This document shows, one piece after another, positions 1 through 8,277 of a DNA stretch of 64,000 bases. The notes below the pieces were generated by a model. It made no database searches, had not been told where the DNA came from, and saw only the letters and a list, made by a program, of their open reading frames with translations. Position 1 is the stretch's first letter. The number at the start of each line of letters is the position of its first letter. This DNA comes from a virus (Duplodnaviria > Caudoviricetes). The stretch is taken from IMG/VR virus record IMGVR_UViG_3300025120_010521; one strand, 5' to 3'. The translations under genes were made by a program, and so were the position numbers.

Positions 1-1
1 A

Positions 2-151
2 GAGTTAGACGAGTGTGAAGAATGCTACGAAGAACCTTGTGGCTGTGATAACGAAGATGACGACAACGACTTCGAAGAAGACGAAGACGAAGACGAAGAC
101 CAAGACGAAGATGACTTTGAGTACGACGAAGACGACAAAACTTATAACTAA
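2..151 (+). CDS. 3' end of a gene entering from the left: Cys-containing, extremely acidic C-terminus
   Basis: Frame 2 is open from the window start: ELDECEECYEEPCGCDNEDDDNDFEEDEDEDEDQDEDDFEYDEDDKTYN-TAA(149-151), followed by a hairpin. Confidence 0.6.
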   Translation, partial: ELDECEECYEEPCGCDNEDDDNDFEEDEDEDEDQDEDDFEYDEDDKTYN

Positions 152-161
152 TTTATGTATA

Positions 162-189
162 AAGGTAGGGTATTAATTTACCCTACCTT
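162..189. terminator. Bidirectional intrinsic-terminator-like hairpin between convergent genes
   Basis: AAGGTAGGGTA-ttaatt-TACCCTACCTT, 11-bp perfect inverted repeat. Confidence 0.7.
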
Positions 190-1396
190 AATTATTTGCT
201 TTATTTGAAATATCTTTTTCAACCCGTGTAACAGTTTTCTTACTGCATATTCTTTTACACATTTCCATATTTTCAAAATTATCCATTATTTTTTTAAATG
301 CAGGACCGTTTATTATTTCTTTATATGTATTTTTGTAAATGCTCATTGACTCGGCATCCTGCTTTGTAATTCCTGCTTGATCAAAAGTCCATTGTTGGTC
401 AACTCTCATGAAACAACATGGCAAAAATAATCCTTCACTAGATATAAAATTAGCATAATTTTTTACGTTCATACATTGTGGATACACATTTTCTGTTTGT
501 ACAATGTCTACTTCATCTTTAGCTAATGGCAATGTTCCGTATGATCTTTTTGCTTTACTACCTTCTGGTAGCTTAACTATGTCTATTGCATTAGACTGTT
601 TTATTTTAGTTAGCTCTGCACCTGCTTCTCTATTCCATATATATTTTGGCTTTGGTTCTTCTTTTTTACGTTTTGCCAATACTGCTGTTCTTGGAGTGAT
701 ATTAATTGTTAAATCTGTTACTTTTGTTTTCCAACTATCAGGGCCACTTTTTAAATCATTTACATACAATTCTAATTGATCTAGACTTTGATTAAATTCT
801 TTTTTATTTACTAATTGTCCAACTGGTGCTCTATGAGTATCAATCAATTCAAAATATGTAAACCCAATTTCGTTAGCTATATCAAATGCAGTCTTCATAT
901 CGTTGTAAGAATTGTTATATTTAAAAACAATGTATTTCCATTTTATACGTCTATTCTGTTTTGCTAGTATTTCTGTCCCAACTTTAATACTTGGCCAATC
1001 AGCATTGACTCTATATTGTGTAAAGTTTTCTGGTGTTCCATCTAAACTAAATGTTATTAGATCTGAATTTGTCATTAGGTCAGCAATTTGTTCCCAGTCT
1101 TTTGCTTTTCTATAACTACCGTTGGTGTCCATCATAAAGTTAATATTGGCTTCTTTGATTGCTTTTAAGGTCTTTACAAGGTGGGGATGATACAATCCGT
1201 CACCGTAGGCTCCAGTTAATAGTATTTTGGTTACTGGTAGTAGTTTTAAAAAGTCTATTAATTTATCAGCATCTATATGTCCGTTATCCCATAAATGTCT
1301 TTTGTCTGCTTGAAAGGTACGGGGACAGTTAGGACATTTAATTGTGCATTTACTAGTTAACTCTAGCTCTAAAGTATTAGACTCAGGGAATTTCAT
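188..1396 (-). CDS. Radical SAM protein with C-terminal auxiliary Cys cluster
   Basis: ELTSKCTIKCPNCPRT (CxxxCxxC), GAYGDG, C-terminal C...CC...CxxxC. Confidence 0.85.
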   Translation of the reverse strand: MKFPESNTLELELTSKCTIKCPNCPRTFQADKRHLWDNGHIDADKLIDFLKLLPVTKILLTGAYGDGLYHPHLVKTLKAIKEANINFMMDTNGSYRKAKDWEQIADLMTNSDLITFSLDGTPENFTQYRVNADWPSIKVGTEILAKQNRRIKWKYIVFKYNNSYNDMKTAFDIANEIGFTYFELIDTHRAPVGQLVNKKEFNQSLDQLELYVNDLKSGPDSWKTKVTDLTINITPRTAVLAKRKKEEPKPKYIWNREAGAELTKIKQSNAIDIVKLPEGSKAKRSYGTLPLAKDEVDIVQTENVYPQCMNVKNYANFISSEGLFLPCCFMRVDQQWTFDQAGITKQDAESMSIYKNTYKEIINGPAFKKIMDNFENMEMCKRICSKKTVTRVEKDISNKANN

Positions 1397-1421
1397 AATA
1401 CATGTATTTATTATTATGAAT

Positions 1422-1450
1422 GGTAGGGTAATATTACCCTACCTTTTTTT
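1422..1450. terminator. Palindromic terminator-like hairpin, near copy of 162-189
   Basis: GGTAGGGTAATATTACCCTACC is a perfect 22-bp palindrome (1422-1443) followed by a T-tract. Confidence 0.65.
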
Positions 1451-1455
1451 ATGAT

Positions 1456-1548
1456 TTATAAGAAAAATAAAAGTAACATAGATAGCATTGTAATAACAAC
1501 TGTAGCAACTGCAACTATTCCTGCTACAGTATATACTTTATTCATCAT
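1456..1548 (-). CDS. Small single-TM membrane protein (30 aa), not in ORF track
   Basis: MMNKVYTVAGIVAVATVVITMLSMLLLFFL; ATGA overlap with the upstream ORF. Confidence 0.5.
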   Translation of the reverse strand: MMNKVYTVAGIVAVATVVITMLSMLLLFFL

Positions 1549-1658
1549 TTTTTAACTTTACCTTTGCCTGACAGGTATTTAACAGTGTGTGGCTCACCAA
1601 ATATTTTTATGTATAATTTTGTAATGAAAGTTGTAATTTTGTTTATAAATTTTGGCAT
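1545..1658 (-). CDS. Small basic protein (37 aa), not in ORF track
   Basis: MPKFINKITTFITKLYIKIFGEPHTVKYLSGKGKVKK; upstream TTGCAA-16-TATAAT with extended -10 TG. Confidence 0.5.
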   Translation of the reverse strand: MPKFINKITTFITKLYIKIFGEPHTVKYLSGKGKVKK

Positions 1659-1737
1659 TTTTAACTGCTTATGATTTTATTATAACATATAAAAATAATT
1701 TTGCAATACAAAAAATTAGTTGTTATCCACAATTGAT

Positions 1738-1814
1738 TGGCCTGCCCGGCAGGATTCGAACCTGCAACCTACGGTTTAGAAGACCGTTGCTCTGTCCTGT
1801 TGAGCTACGGGCAG
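1738..1814 (-). tRNA. tRNA-Arg(TCT)
   Basis: Cloverleaf: acceptor CTGCCCG/CGGGCAG, anticodon arm ACGGT-CTTCTAA-ACCGT, GTTCGAATC T-loop, A20, encoded CCA. Confidence 0.95.
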
Positions 1815-1822
1815 ACAATAAC

Positions 1823-1978
1823 TTACTTTTTCTTTTTCTTTTTACTGCCCCATCCGTATTTTTTATTAATAGTTTCTGGATCTGACCTTCGCATAGGTGG
1901 ACAAGTTGTTGGTTTATTATTTTTTAACCATTTTTCAATTAAAATTTTATCTTCTAATGTTATTTGTGATCTAGTCAA
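1823..1978 (-). CDS. Small Lys-rich protein (51 aa, TTG start) between two tRNAs
   Basis: MTRSQITLEDKILIEKWLKNNKPTTCPPMRRSDPETINKKYGWGSKKKKKK; AAGGA SD upstream. Confidence 0.45.
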   Translation of the reverse strand: MTRSQITLEDKILIEKWLKNNKPTTCPPMRRSDPETINKKYGWGSKKKKKK

Positions 1979-1997
1979 TTTAGTTAATCCTTATGTT

Positions 1998-2084
1998 TGG
2001 TGCGAGTGGAGGGACTTGAACCCACACATCATGATTGATAACGGATTTTAAGTCCGTTGCGTCTACCTATTCCGCCACACTCGC
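1998..2084 (-). tRNA. tRNA-Leu(TAA)
   Basis: Acceptor GCGAGTG/CACTCGC, anticodon arm ACGGA-CTTAAAA-TCCGT, long variable arm, encoded CCA. Confidence 0.95.
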
Positions 2085-2091
2085 TTTTAAA

Positions 2092-2376
2092 TTATGATCT
2101 AACGTTTCCGCGATCTTTTTCTATTTGCATATAGAAATCGTTAAGCTCGGAAGTAATATTTGGTTGATGTGTAACTATGTGGTCAATTACAAATTGTTTA
2201 AATTGTTCATATGAAGGAACTGTATACGATCCCCAATCAGGAACTTCTTTCCAATTTATTTCATTCTTGTTTGCATCAAGGACTACATGCATATTTTTGC
2301 GTGTATCTTCATCTTCATCATATTCAAGTACATAGGTGTACCCAAGATAGGTATAGTATTCTTTGTATGAGTGCAT
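2092..2376 (-). CDS. Hypothetical protein (probable early gene)
   Basis: 94-aa ORF with GAGG SD and upstream TTGACA promoter. Confidence 0.65.
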   Translation of the reverse strand: MHSYKEYYTYLGYTYVLEYDEDEDTRKNMHVVLDANKNEINWKEVPDWGSYTVPSYEQFKQFVIDHIVTHQPNITSELNDFYMQIEKDRGNVRS

Positions 2377-2466
2377 GACAACCTCTTACTATTGCTCTCT
2401 AACTGTATGCATTATTACATAGGTATTTGATCTTGTCAACCACTTTTGGCCAAATAAATACTACAA

Positions 2467-3240
2467 ATGGCAAATTCAAAAAGTTTTCATACACTTGTTA
2501 AACAAAACAAGATAGAGATTATAAAAGCATCTGATCCTGCAAAAAATCTTATTGACAAAATTTTTAAAACTTCTGCAGAATGGATAGATAAAGATTACAA
2601 AAACCCTGTGCTTGTTTTTCAAGACAAAGACTTTATCTATAAAGTATTCTATCATGATATAAAAATAAATGGTATAACTTTGAAAAATCAGAAACATACA
2701 ATTGATATGTATATAAAGTTTTTTAAAAACTATAAAGGTGACATGCAATTAAAAAATTACTATATCGATACCCAATGTTCTATTTTACAACTAGTTAAGT
2801 TGCCTGGTGAAACATTAACTAATTTAAAAGGTGATATTGACTTAACCATACATCAAGCTGGAGAATGGTTTGCTGAGCAATGCAAACAGATACATTTAGC
2901 AGGTATAGATTGTGTAAAAAAATATAAAGAGTTTCAAATAGAAAGACATATATTTAATAATGGTTATTACTTTATATTTTCAGATTGGAATCCTGATAAT
3001 ATTTTATATGACCAAACAACAAACAAATTATATCTTGTAGATCTGCAACCAGTGAATTGGATCCCAAATGATTTATGGAAATGCACTATAAGATCCCAAT
3101 GGAGAGATATTGCTAGATTAAATTGGAAAATACCAAAAAGACAAATAACAAAGCAACATTTATTAAATATAGAATATAATACCATTAACTTAATTAAAGA
3201 AAGTCTTGGAGAACAATATAGATCAAGGAAAAGCAGATGA
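2467..3240 (+). CDS. Protein-kinase-like / APH-type phosphotransferase
   Basis: SDWNPDNILYD...LYLVDL resembles the catalytic loop DxxxxN plus metal-binding Asp; VYK lysine near the N-terminus. Confidence 0.55.
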   Translation: MANSKSFHTLVKQNKIEIIKASDPAKNLIDKIFKTSAEWIDKDYKNPVLVFQDKDFIYKVFYHDIKINGITLKNQKHTIDMYIKFFKNYKGDMQLKNYYIDTQCSILQLVKLPGETLTNLKGDIDLTIHQAGEWFAEQCKQIHLAGIDCVKKYKEFQIERHIFNNGYYFIFSDWNPDNILYDQTTNKLYLVDLQPVNWIPNDLWKCTIRSQWRDIARLNWKIPKRQITKQHLLNIEYNTINLIKESLGEQYRSRKSR

Positions 3241-3920
3241 ATAAAGATTACGGGAAAAGCATAGTTGAAGAAATATTCAACACTAAAGTTAAGGCAATGT
3301 ATAAAAATGATTATGCAAGTAGTCGTGCCGTGTACTCAGATTCTAATTTTATATATAAAGTTTTTCGCAAAGAAACAGTAGTTGAGCAGTTTAAAAAATT
3401 CTTACAAAATTATCAAGGTGACTTAAAACTACTTGATACTTATGAAAGTGATGAACTAGTTATATTTAAAATGAATAAACTGCCAGGCGAAACTATGTTA
3501 TTAAGATGCAAAGATAAAAATAAAACTTCTATTGATTTGCCTGTGCTAATGTCTTGGTTTAAACAACAGGTACATGAAATACATAACACTGGTGTTAGAT
3601 GCTACAACAAGTATGATGAATATAAGATTAAAGATGACCCATGGGGGAATGGATTTATATTTACATTTTGTGATTGGACCAATGGTAATTTTTTATACAA
3701 CGAAATAGATAAAAAACTGTATCTAATAGATCTAGAGCCAGTTAACTGGATTCCAAGAAATATATGGAATTGTATTGTTAGAGATCATTTTAGGACTTTT
3801 ATTAAAAATTTTGCTGTTAAAGGTTTAGAGGATCCTAACTATGTATCACATTTAGAAGATATAATAGTAGAACAACTGTCAAAAGAAATAGCATTATTTG
3901 GGCACTACACTAGTGATTAA
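3237..3920 (+). CDS. Kinase-like phosphotransferase, paralog of 2467-3240
   Basis: FIYKVF, KLPGET, CDWTNGNFLY...LYLIDLEPVNWIP shared with the upstream gene; ATGA overlap. Confidence 0.55.
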   Translation: MNKDYGKSIVEEIFNTKVKAMYKNDYASSRAVYSDSNFIYKVFRKETVVEQFKKFLQNYQGDLKLLDTYESDELVIFKMNKLPGETMLLRCKDKNKTSIDLPVLMSWFKQQVHEIHNTGVRCYNKYDEYKIKDDPWGNGFIFTFCDWTNGNFLYNEIDKKLYLIDLEPVNWIPRNIWNCIVRDHFRTFIKNFAVKGLEDPNYVSHLEDIIVEQLSKEIALFGHYTSD

Positions 3921-3921
3921 A

Positions 3922-3992
3922 AGGTGTCTTAGTCCTGTTTTAAAGCGTCTACAAGCGTCATACAGTGTGTGAACTAGTGTTTGACGCTTGTA
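3922..3992. other. Two adjacent stem-loops in the convergent intergenic gap (terminator and/or repeated element)
   Basis: AGGTGTCTTA-GTCCTGTTT-TAAAGCGTCT (3922-3950) then TACAAGCGTCA...TGACGCTTGTA (3950-3992). Confidence 0.5.
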
Positions 3993-4019
3993 CTGTTAAA
4001 ACCCTATTTAAAAGAAGAT

Positions 4020-4463
4020 TTAAGCCAATGCTTGTATTCTATCTCTAAGCCTTTCAGCCCTATTTCCTACTTGTTTTGCCCAACGTGAGTCCATCATTTC
4101 AACGGCCGCTGTGTTCCAGTCGCTGTTATTCACTCCAGCAATAAACTTTTTAAATTTGGCCAATCTTGGAGCACCCATATTGAATGTCATATTTACAATA
4201 ACTTCTTGTGCTTCGCTAGGTAATTCTGTTAGATTAGGAAATACTTTTTTTGCTTCACTTATATAAATTGCAACGTCACTATCAAAAACTGCATTTACTC
4301 TTTGTTCGTTTACAAGAGTGCCTACGGGTTTTCCATATTCTTCGTCTGCTTCTGTAATTAAATGTCCAATACCAAATGTAGGATAACCTAAGTGATCGTT
4401 ATACACTTCGTATTTGACTCCTTCATCTATTTTAAGTTGTTCTCTTAATTTATCTACGTTCAT
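4020..4463 (-). CDS. T4-type lysozyme (GH24) endolysin
   Basis: DEG...YNDHLGYPTFGIGHL catalytic region; NMTFNMG; DSRWAKQVGNRAERL. Confidence 0.9.
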   Translation of the reverse strand: MNVDKLREQLKIDEGVKYEVYNDHLGYPTFGIGHLITEADEEYGKPVGTLVNEQRVNAVFDSDVAIYISEAKKVFPNLTELPSEAQEVIVNMTFNMGAPRLAKFKKFIAGVNNSDWNTAAVEMMDSRWAKQVGNRAERLRDRIQALA

Positions 4464-4492
4464 TGTTTTATCCTTTTACACGTACAATTTAT

Positions 4493-5689
4493 TTAGTTAA
4501 AGTTATAGTGTTTGCTTATCTCTGGAAAATGTTTTGAAAAATCTAAGTTTCTTGTTTTATCAATATTTTTTATTTTTTTAACAAATCCTTGAGTAGCTGA
4601 TTGATCTGTTTTTGTATCTAATCTTTTTAATATTTGTTGAGACTTATCTAAAAATACTTCTTTTTGTTTTAATGGCAGTGAGTTAGCAAACTGGTAAAGA
4701 TTATCCTTTGCTTCTTGCTTTAGTTCTTGTGGCATGTGTTCCATGTTATACTCATTACCTTCAACCATATTAAAATCGTAAGTATCTAAATTACTATCTA
4801 AGAAAAACTTTATTAGTTTTGTAAAATGAATAGCATTATAAGTTCCAATTGTTATCTGCGGTTCTACCCATATATTAGGATTGTCTCTTAATTGTAATAG
4901 GTTTTGTTCTAGTTGGTTCCATATCGTACCATATCTAATATATTCTGCTTGTGGTCCCATAGCATCTATACTTGGTGCTATACTAACTCTTTTAAAATGT
5001 TTCCACAACTCTGTTGTATCTTTATTCTTGTGTGTTAGCTTTAGGATATTACTATTGTAATGTAAATTAACATCTGTTCTTTTAATGTCTATTAACTTTT
5101 CTAGTATATAGTAGTGTTCGTCCATTACTAACGGTTCACCACCTGCAAAATAAATTGACTCTACATTTTTAGCATGGTTATCTATAAACTCATATGTTTT
5201 ATTTTTATCATCAAAATTGTTTAATATTTTGCCTTTGTCTGATTTCAATTCTGCCTGCCATTTACTACTAAATTCTGGACCGCACATAATACAAGCCATA
5301 TTACATATATTACTAAAACGTACATCCCAATACTTTGCAGATACTTCTGTTAAAGTTCCATCTTCTTTAGTAATATCTTTTATTGTATTTTTTACTTCTT
5401 TTGTCCATGGATGGTATTTTTCTAATATTGTTCTAAAACTTTCTCCTAAGACTTCTTCTTTTCTATAACACCTTTCGCAACCTTTTGGTTCAAGATTATT
5501 CATCATTTCTTTACGCATAGTTTTAGCTTTAGGAGAATTTATAATTTCTTCGTAGCTTTGCGTCTTAATGTTACCCCAAAAATTATTTGCTGTCCAATGT
5601 AAACAACATGGCATAACTGTTCCGTCTGGGTTTGTGCTTAATCCAATCCAAGGTAATGGGCACCATGTGTCTAATATCTTTCTGCTCAT
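4493..5689 (-). CDS. Radical SAM protein with N-terminal twitch/SPASM-like Cys domain
   Basis: WCPLPW...PCCLHW...CERC, then CNMACIMC and FAGGEP. Confidence 0.85.
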   Translation of the reverse strand: MSRKILDTWCPLPWIGLSTNPDGTVMPCCLHWTANNFWGNIKTQSYEEIINSPKAKTMRKEMMNNLEPKGCERCYRKEEVLGESFRTILEKYHPWTKEVKNTIKDITKEDGTLTEVSAKYWDVRFSNICNMACIMCGPEFSSKWQAELKSDKGKILNNFDDKNKTYEFIDNHAKNVESIYFAGGEPLVMDEHYYILEKLIDIKRTDVNLHYNSNILKLTHKNKDTTELWKHFKRVSIAPSIDAMGPQAEYIRYGTIWNQLEQNLLQLRDNPNIWVEPQITIGTYNAIHFTKLIKFFLDSNLDTYDFNMVEGNEYNMEHMPQELKQEAKDNLYQFANSLPLKQKEVFLDKSQQILKRLDTKTDQSATQGFVKKIKNIDKTRNLDFSKHFPEISKHYNFN

Positions 5690-5702
5690 ATAATGTATTT
5701 AT

Positions 5703-5779
5703 TGGCCTGCCCGGCAAGATTCGAACTTGCGACCTTCAGTTCCGCAAACTGACGCTCTATCCAACTGAGCTACGGGCAG
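5703..5779 (-). tRNA. tRNA-Arg(GCG)
   Basis: Anticodon arm TCAGT-TTGCGGA-ACTGA; A20 and G73 Arg identity elements; encoded CCA. Confidence 0.9.
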
Positions 5780-5782
5780 TCT

Positions 5783-5857
5783 TGGCTGGGGTAGATGGAT
5801 TCGAACCACCGAATGTCGGTACCAAAAACCGATGCCTTACCGCTTGGCTATACCCCA
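5783..5857 (-). tRNA. tRNA-Gln(TTG)
   Basis: TGGGGTA acceptor, TCGGT-TTTTGGT-ACCGA, encoded CCA. Confidence 0.95.
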
Positions 5858-5858
5858 A

Positions 5859-5935
5859 TGGTAGCAGTGGGTAGATTCGAACTACCGACCTTCCGAATAT
5901 GAGTCGGATGCTCTAACCAACTGAGCTACACTGCC
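5859..5935 (-). tRNA. tRNA with CAT anticodon (Ile2-like; elongator Met not excluded)
   Basis: TCCGA-CTCATAT-TCGGA; no initiator GGG/CCC anticodon stem; GACTCATA context resembles Ile2. Confidence 0.85.
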
Positions 5936-5938
5936 ATG

Positions 5939-6015
5939 TGGTAGGCGATGGAAGACTCGAACTTCCGACCCCTGCGTTATCAACACAGTGCTCTAACCAA
6001 CTGAGCTAATCGCCC
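5939..6015 (-). tRNA. tRNA-Ile(GAT)
   Basis: CTGTG-TTGATAA-CGCAG anticodon arm, encoded CCA. Confidence 0.95.
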
Positions 6016-6512
6016 ATATCATATTCAAAGTTAACGGTATTCTTATTTACTCGTAACTCTTTAGCACCGTTCTTTGTATGAAATTTTCTTGCCATTTCTG
6101 TCATTGGTGACAAGGTAATTAATCTAGTTAAATGATTTGATTTCTTAATCATTTTATATACTTCATCTACTATCTTTTGTCCGCCTCCACGTTTACGACT
6201 CCAAACAGTATATGCAATAGCAATACGTCCTTGTACTCCTGCTCTGTGTATGGCTTCCATGTGTGCAACTTTACTCATGGTATCTAATTCTTGTACTGAC
6301 GCTGGTACTTCATTGGTGAATGCAAAACACATCACAGCAACTATTTCATCATTGTCTTGAAGGCCATATATTTTTCTACCATATTGTTGTCTAAACCAAT
6401 TGTCCAGTTCTGGTCTTACTGGATCTTCAGATGTGTCAACTTCGTTAAGTTCTACTAACTTAACTTTTTTTAACCATTCAAATTTATCTAAAATTTTATT
6501 TAAAACGTCCAT
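6006..6512 (-). CDS. Hypothetical, GNAT-like acetyltransferase fold
   Basis: AYTVWSRKRGGGQKIV resembles acetyl-CoA motif A; ARKFHTKNG resembles motif B; stop codon lies inside tRNA-Ile. Confidence 0.45.
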   Translation of the reverse strand: MDVLNKILDKFEWLKKVKLVELNEVDTSEDPVRPELDNWFRQQYGRKIYGLQDNDEIVAVMCFAFTNEVPASVQELDTMSKVAHMEAIHRAGVQGRIAIAYTVWSRKRGGGQKIVDEVYKMIKKSNHLTRLITLSPMTEMARKFHTKNGAKELRVNKNTVNFEYDMGD

Positions 6513-6568
6513 ACTGTATAATACTTTCTTTTAAGTTTTTGTCAAGTACATGTTTACGATTGTTGTAT

Positions 6569-7159
6569 TTATGGTGTAATTGGTGAAGTATCTAATACTG
6601 TGGCCACTAGATGGACTCTGTCCTCTTCGCCACCATTAAATGCATTATGATATCGTGTGTTGTCTGTAATCCAGACTGATCCATCTGCAGGCATGTGTCT
6701 GACTTCTGTATCAATGCACATTCGAGCTCCGGGGTTGGTAACAATTGGAATATGTAATCTTGGTTCTGGATCTCTATGCCAGCTTAATGTTGTTCTTGGC
6801 AACTTCCATAAAAGTCTAATTCTGCCTAGTTTGTATTTGTTTGTTAATGTAGTATAAACTTCTTTAAAATATGTATCTTCAAATAAATTTACAAATTCAG
6901 AATATTGTGTTTCATCAATTATTGCTTCTCTTGTTACTTCAACACCTGTATGATCTGGTCTAGTCCAAAATAATCCTCTAACGTTTCCACCTGTAATAGA
7001 ATTTGGATCTCCTGGTATTTGTGTAAGACAAATTGCATTTATATCTCTTTCACCTAATGGTGATTGCCTAGCAACTCGTTTATCTACTTCTGTTAGTGCT
7101 GATTGTAACTTTGTTATATCAAAACTAATATCTGGGTCTTTATAAAAGTTTGTATGCAT
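6569..7159 (-). CDS. Asp/Asn beta-hydroxylase-like 2OG-Fe(II) oxygenase
   Basis: LSWHRD...RLHIPIVTN...DNTRYHNAFNGGEEDRVHLV. Confidence 0.8.
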   Translation of the reverse strand: MHTNFYKDPDISFDITKLQSALTEVDKRVARQSPLGERDINAICLTQIPGDPNSITGGNVRGLFWTRPDHTGVEVTREAIIDETQYSEFVNLFEDTYFKEVYTTLTNKYKLGRIRLLWKLPRTTLSWHRDPEPRLHIPIVTNPGARMCIDTEVRHMPADGSVWITDNTRYHNAFNGGEEDRVHLVATVLDTSPITP

Positions 7160-7160
7160 A

Positions 7161-7322
7161 CTACATATTTATTATTAGATAAATTAATAATCCTATCATT
7201 GCGTTTATAAAAAGTAAAAATGTTATCTTAGCCCAAAAAACTTTATTAGGTATATCTTCCCATTGCTTTTTCTTACTATCACTCAATGGTGGTGGGATGG
7301 TAAACCAGGATCCCCAAGACAT
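7161..7322 (-). CDS. Small membrane protein (53 aa), not in ORF track
   Basis: MSWGSWFTIPPPLSDSKKKQWEDIPNKVFWAKITFLLFINAMIGLLIYLIINM; TAATG coupling to the upstream gene. Confidence 0.55.
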   Translation of the reverse strand: MSWGSWFTIPPPLSDSKKKQWEDIPNKVFWAKITFLLFINAMIGLLIYLIINM

Positions 7323-7594
7323 TATTCTTCCTTATGAGCTCCACCACGTTTGATTGTATCAAGTATCATCTCAATATCATCAAATGCATCTCTCTCTTCT
7401 GATAAACTATTTTTATATGCAATCTTAATTGCTTTGTTTAATACAGTAGGTTTAACGTCAAGCTCTTCTGCAATATGTTTTACTGTATCTCTTAGACCTG
7501 CTCTCAAATCATCTGACTCTTGCAATACCTGTGTGCCTTCGTCAAACAATCTAATAAGTTTTGCCTTTTCTTCTTGATTAATTGTTAATGCCAT
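7322..7594 (-). CDS. T4 DsbA-like double-stranded DNA-binding protein
   Basis: 90-aa helical protein LRDTVKHIAEELDVKPTVLNKAIKIAYK, typical of the phage DsbA family. Confidence 0.65.
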   Translation of the reverse strand: MALTINQEEKAKLIRLFDEGTQVLQESDDLRAGLRDTVKHIAEELDVKPTVLNKAIKIAYKNSLSEERDAFDDIEMILDTIKRGGAHKEE

Positions 7595-7595
7595 T

Positions 7596-8039
7596 TTATT
7601 TTCCTATTAGTGTTTGTATTGTAGCTATTGAATACTCACGTGCTCCGTCATCGTCACCGTCGCATTCATGACTGTCAGCTACTTTATTTGCTCCAAGTTC
7701 TACCATACGTTTGTCAATTTTCTTAGGGCCACCACAAAAATAAGTGTGTGAGCTATCTCCTAAACCACAAATAGCATAGTTCATATTACTAAGATCTACT
7801 TCAGCTTCTGATAGTTTATTAAAAAAATCATCTCCGTTTGTAGGAACGTCACCTTGTCCTGTAGTGCTTGATATAAACATTACATTCTTCATATCTTTAA
7901 ACGATTCAATATCAATATCGTTCATTTCATTTATTTTAATGTCGGCACTTGATTCTTTTGATATACTATCAAATACATCGGTGGCTACATCTTCTGCTGT
8001 GCCAAACATCGATGCCCATAATATGTTTACTTGTGTCAT
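7596..8039 (-). CDS. Short-chain flavodoxin
   Basis: FMN loops SMFGTAEDVA, STTGQGDVP, GLGDSSHTYFCGG. Confidence 0.9.
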   Translation of the reverse strand: MTQVNILWASMFGTAEDVATDVFDSISKESSADIKINEMNDIDIESFKDMKNVMFISSTTGQGDVPTNGDDFFNKLSEAEVDLSNMNYAICGLGDSSHTYFCGGPKKIDKRMVELGANKVADSHECDGDDDGAREYSIATIQTLIGK

Positions 8040-8044
8040 TTATT

Positions 8045-8251
8045 TTATCTTCCTAGTTTTTTACTTCTGCCTAATGGTAAAGATTGATCTTTTTCGTATT
8101 CTCCACCTTTTTTAGCTGTCCATTCCACACGGACAATTTTACTTTTACTTCCGCCTTGAAACGATTTTACTGCTCGTCTATAGCTTAATGCTTCTATAGT
8201 TTTTGGCTCTTCATTGCCTTCAAAGAACGTGTATGTTCTCATTTTTGCCAT
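8045..8251 (-). CDS. Hypothetical basic protein
   Basis: 68-aa ORF with strong SD AAGGAGG. Confidence 0.65.
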   Translation of the reverse strand: MAKMRTYTFFEGNEEPKTIEALSYRRAVKSFQGGSKSKIVRVEWTAKKGGEYEKDQSLPLGRSKKLGR

Positions 8252-8277
8252 AACCCTCCTTGGTTACAATTTATTTA

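Noticed and set aside
55-135. GAAGAC microsatellite-like run
   Set aside because: Encodes the Asp/Glu tail of an open reading frame.
1652-2051. Plus-strand ORFs 1652-1885 and 1737-2051
   Set aside because: Antisense shadows of tRNA-Arg, tRNA-Leu and a small minus-strand gene; no protein-like features.
5632-5874. Plus-strand 80-aa ORF
   Set aside because: Antisense to the tRNA array.
5703-6015. tRNA cluster as a prophage or island attachment site
   Set aside because: No integrase and no duplicated tRNA 3' end in the window; the tRNAs look phage-encoded.
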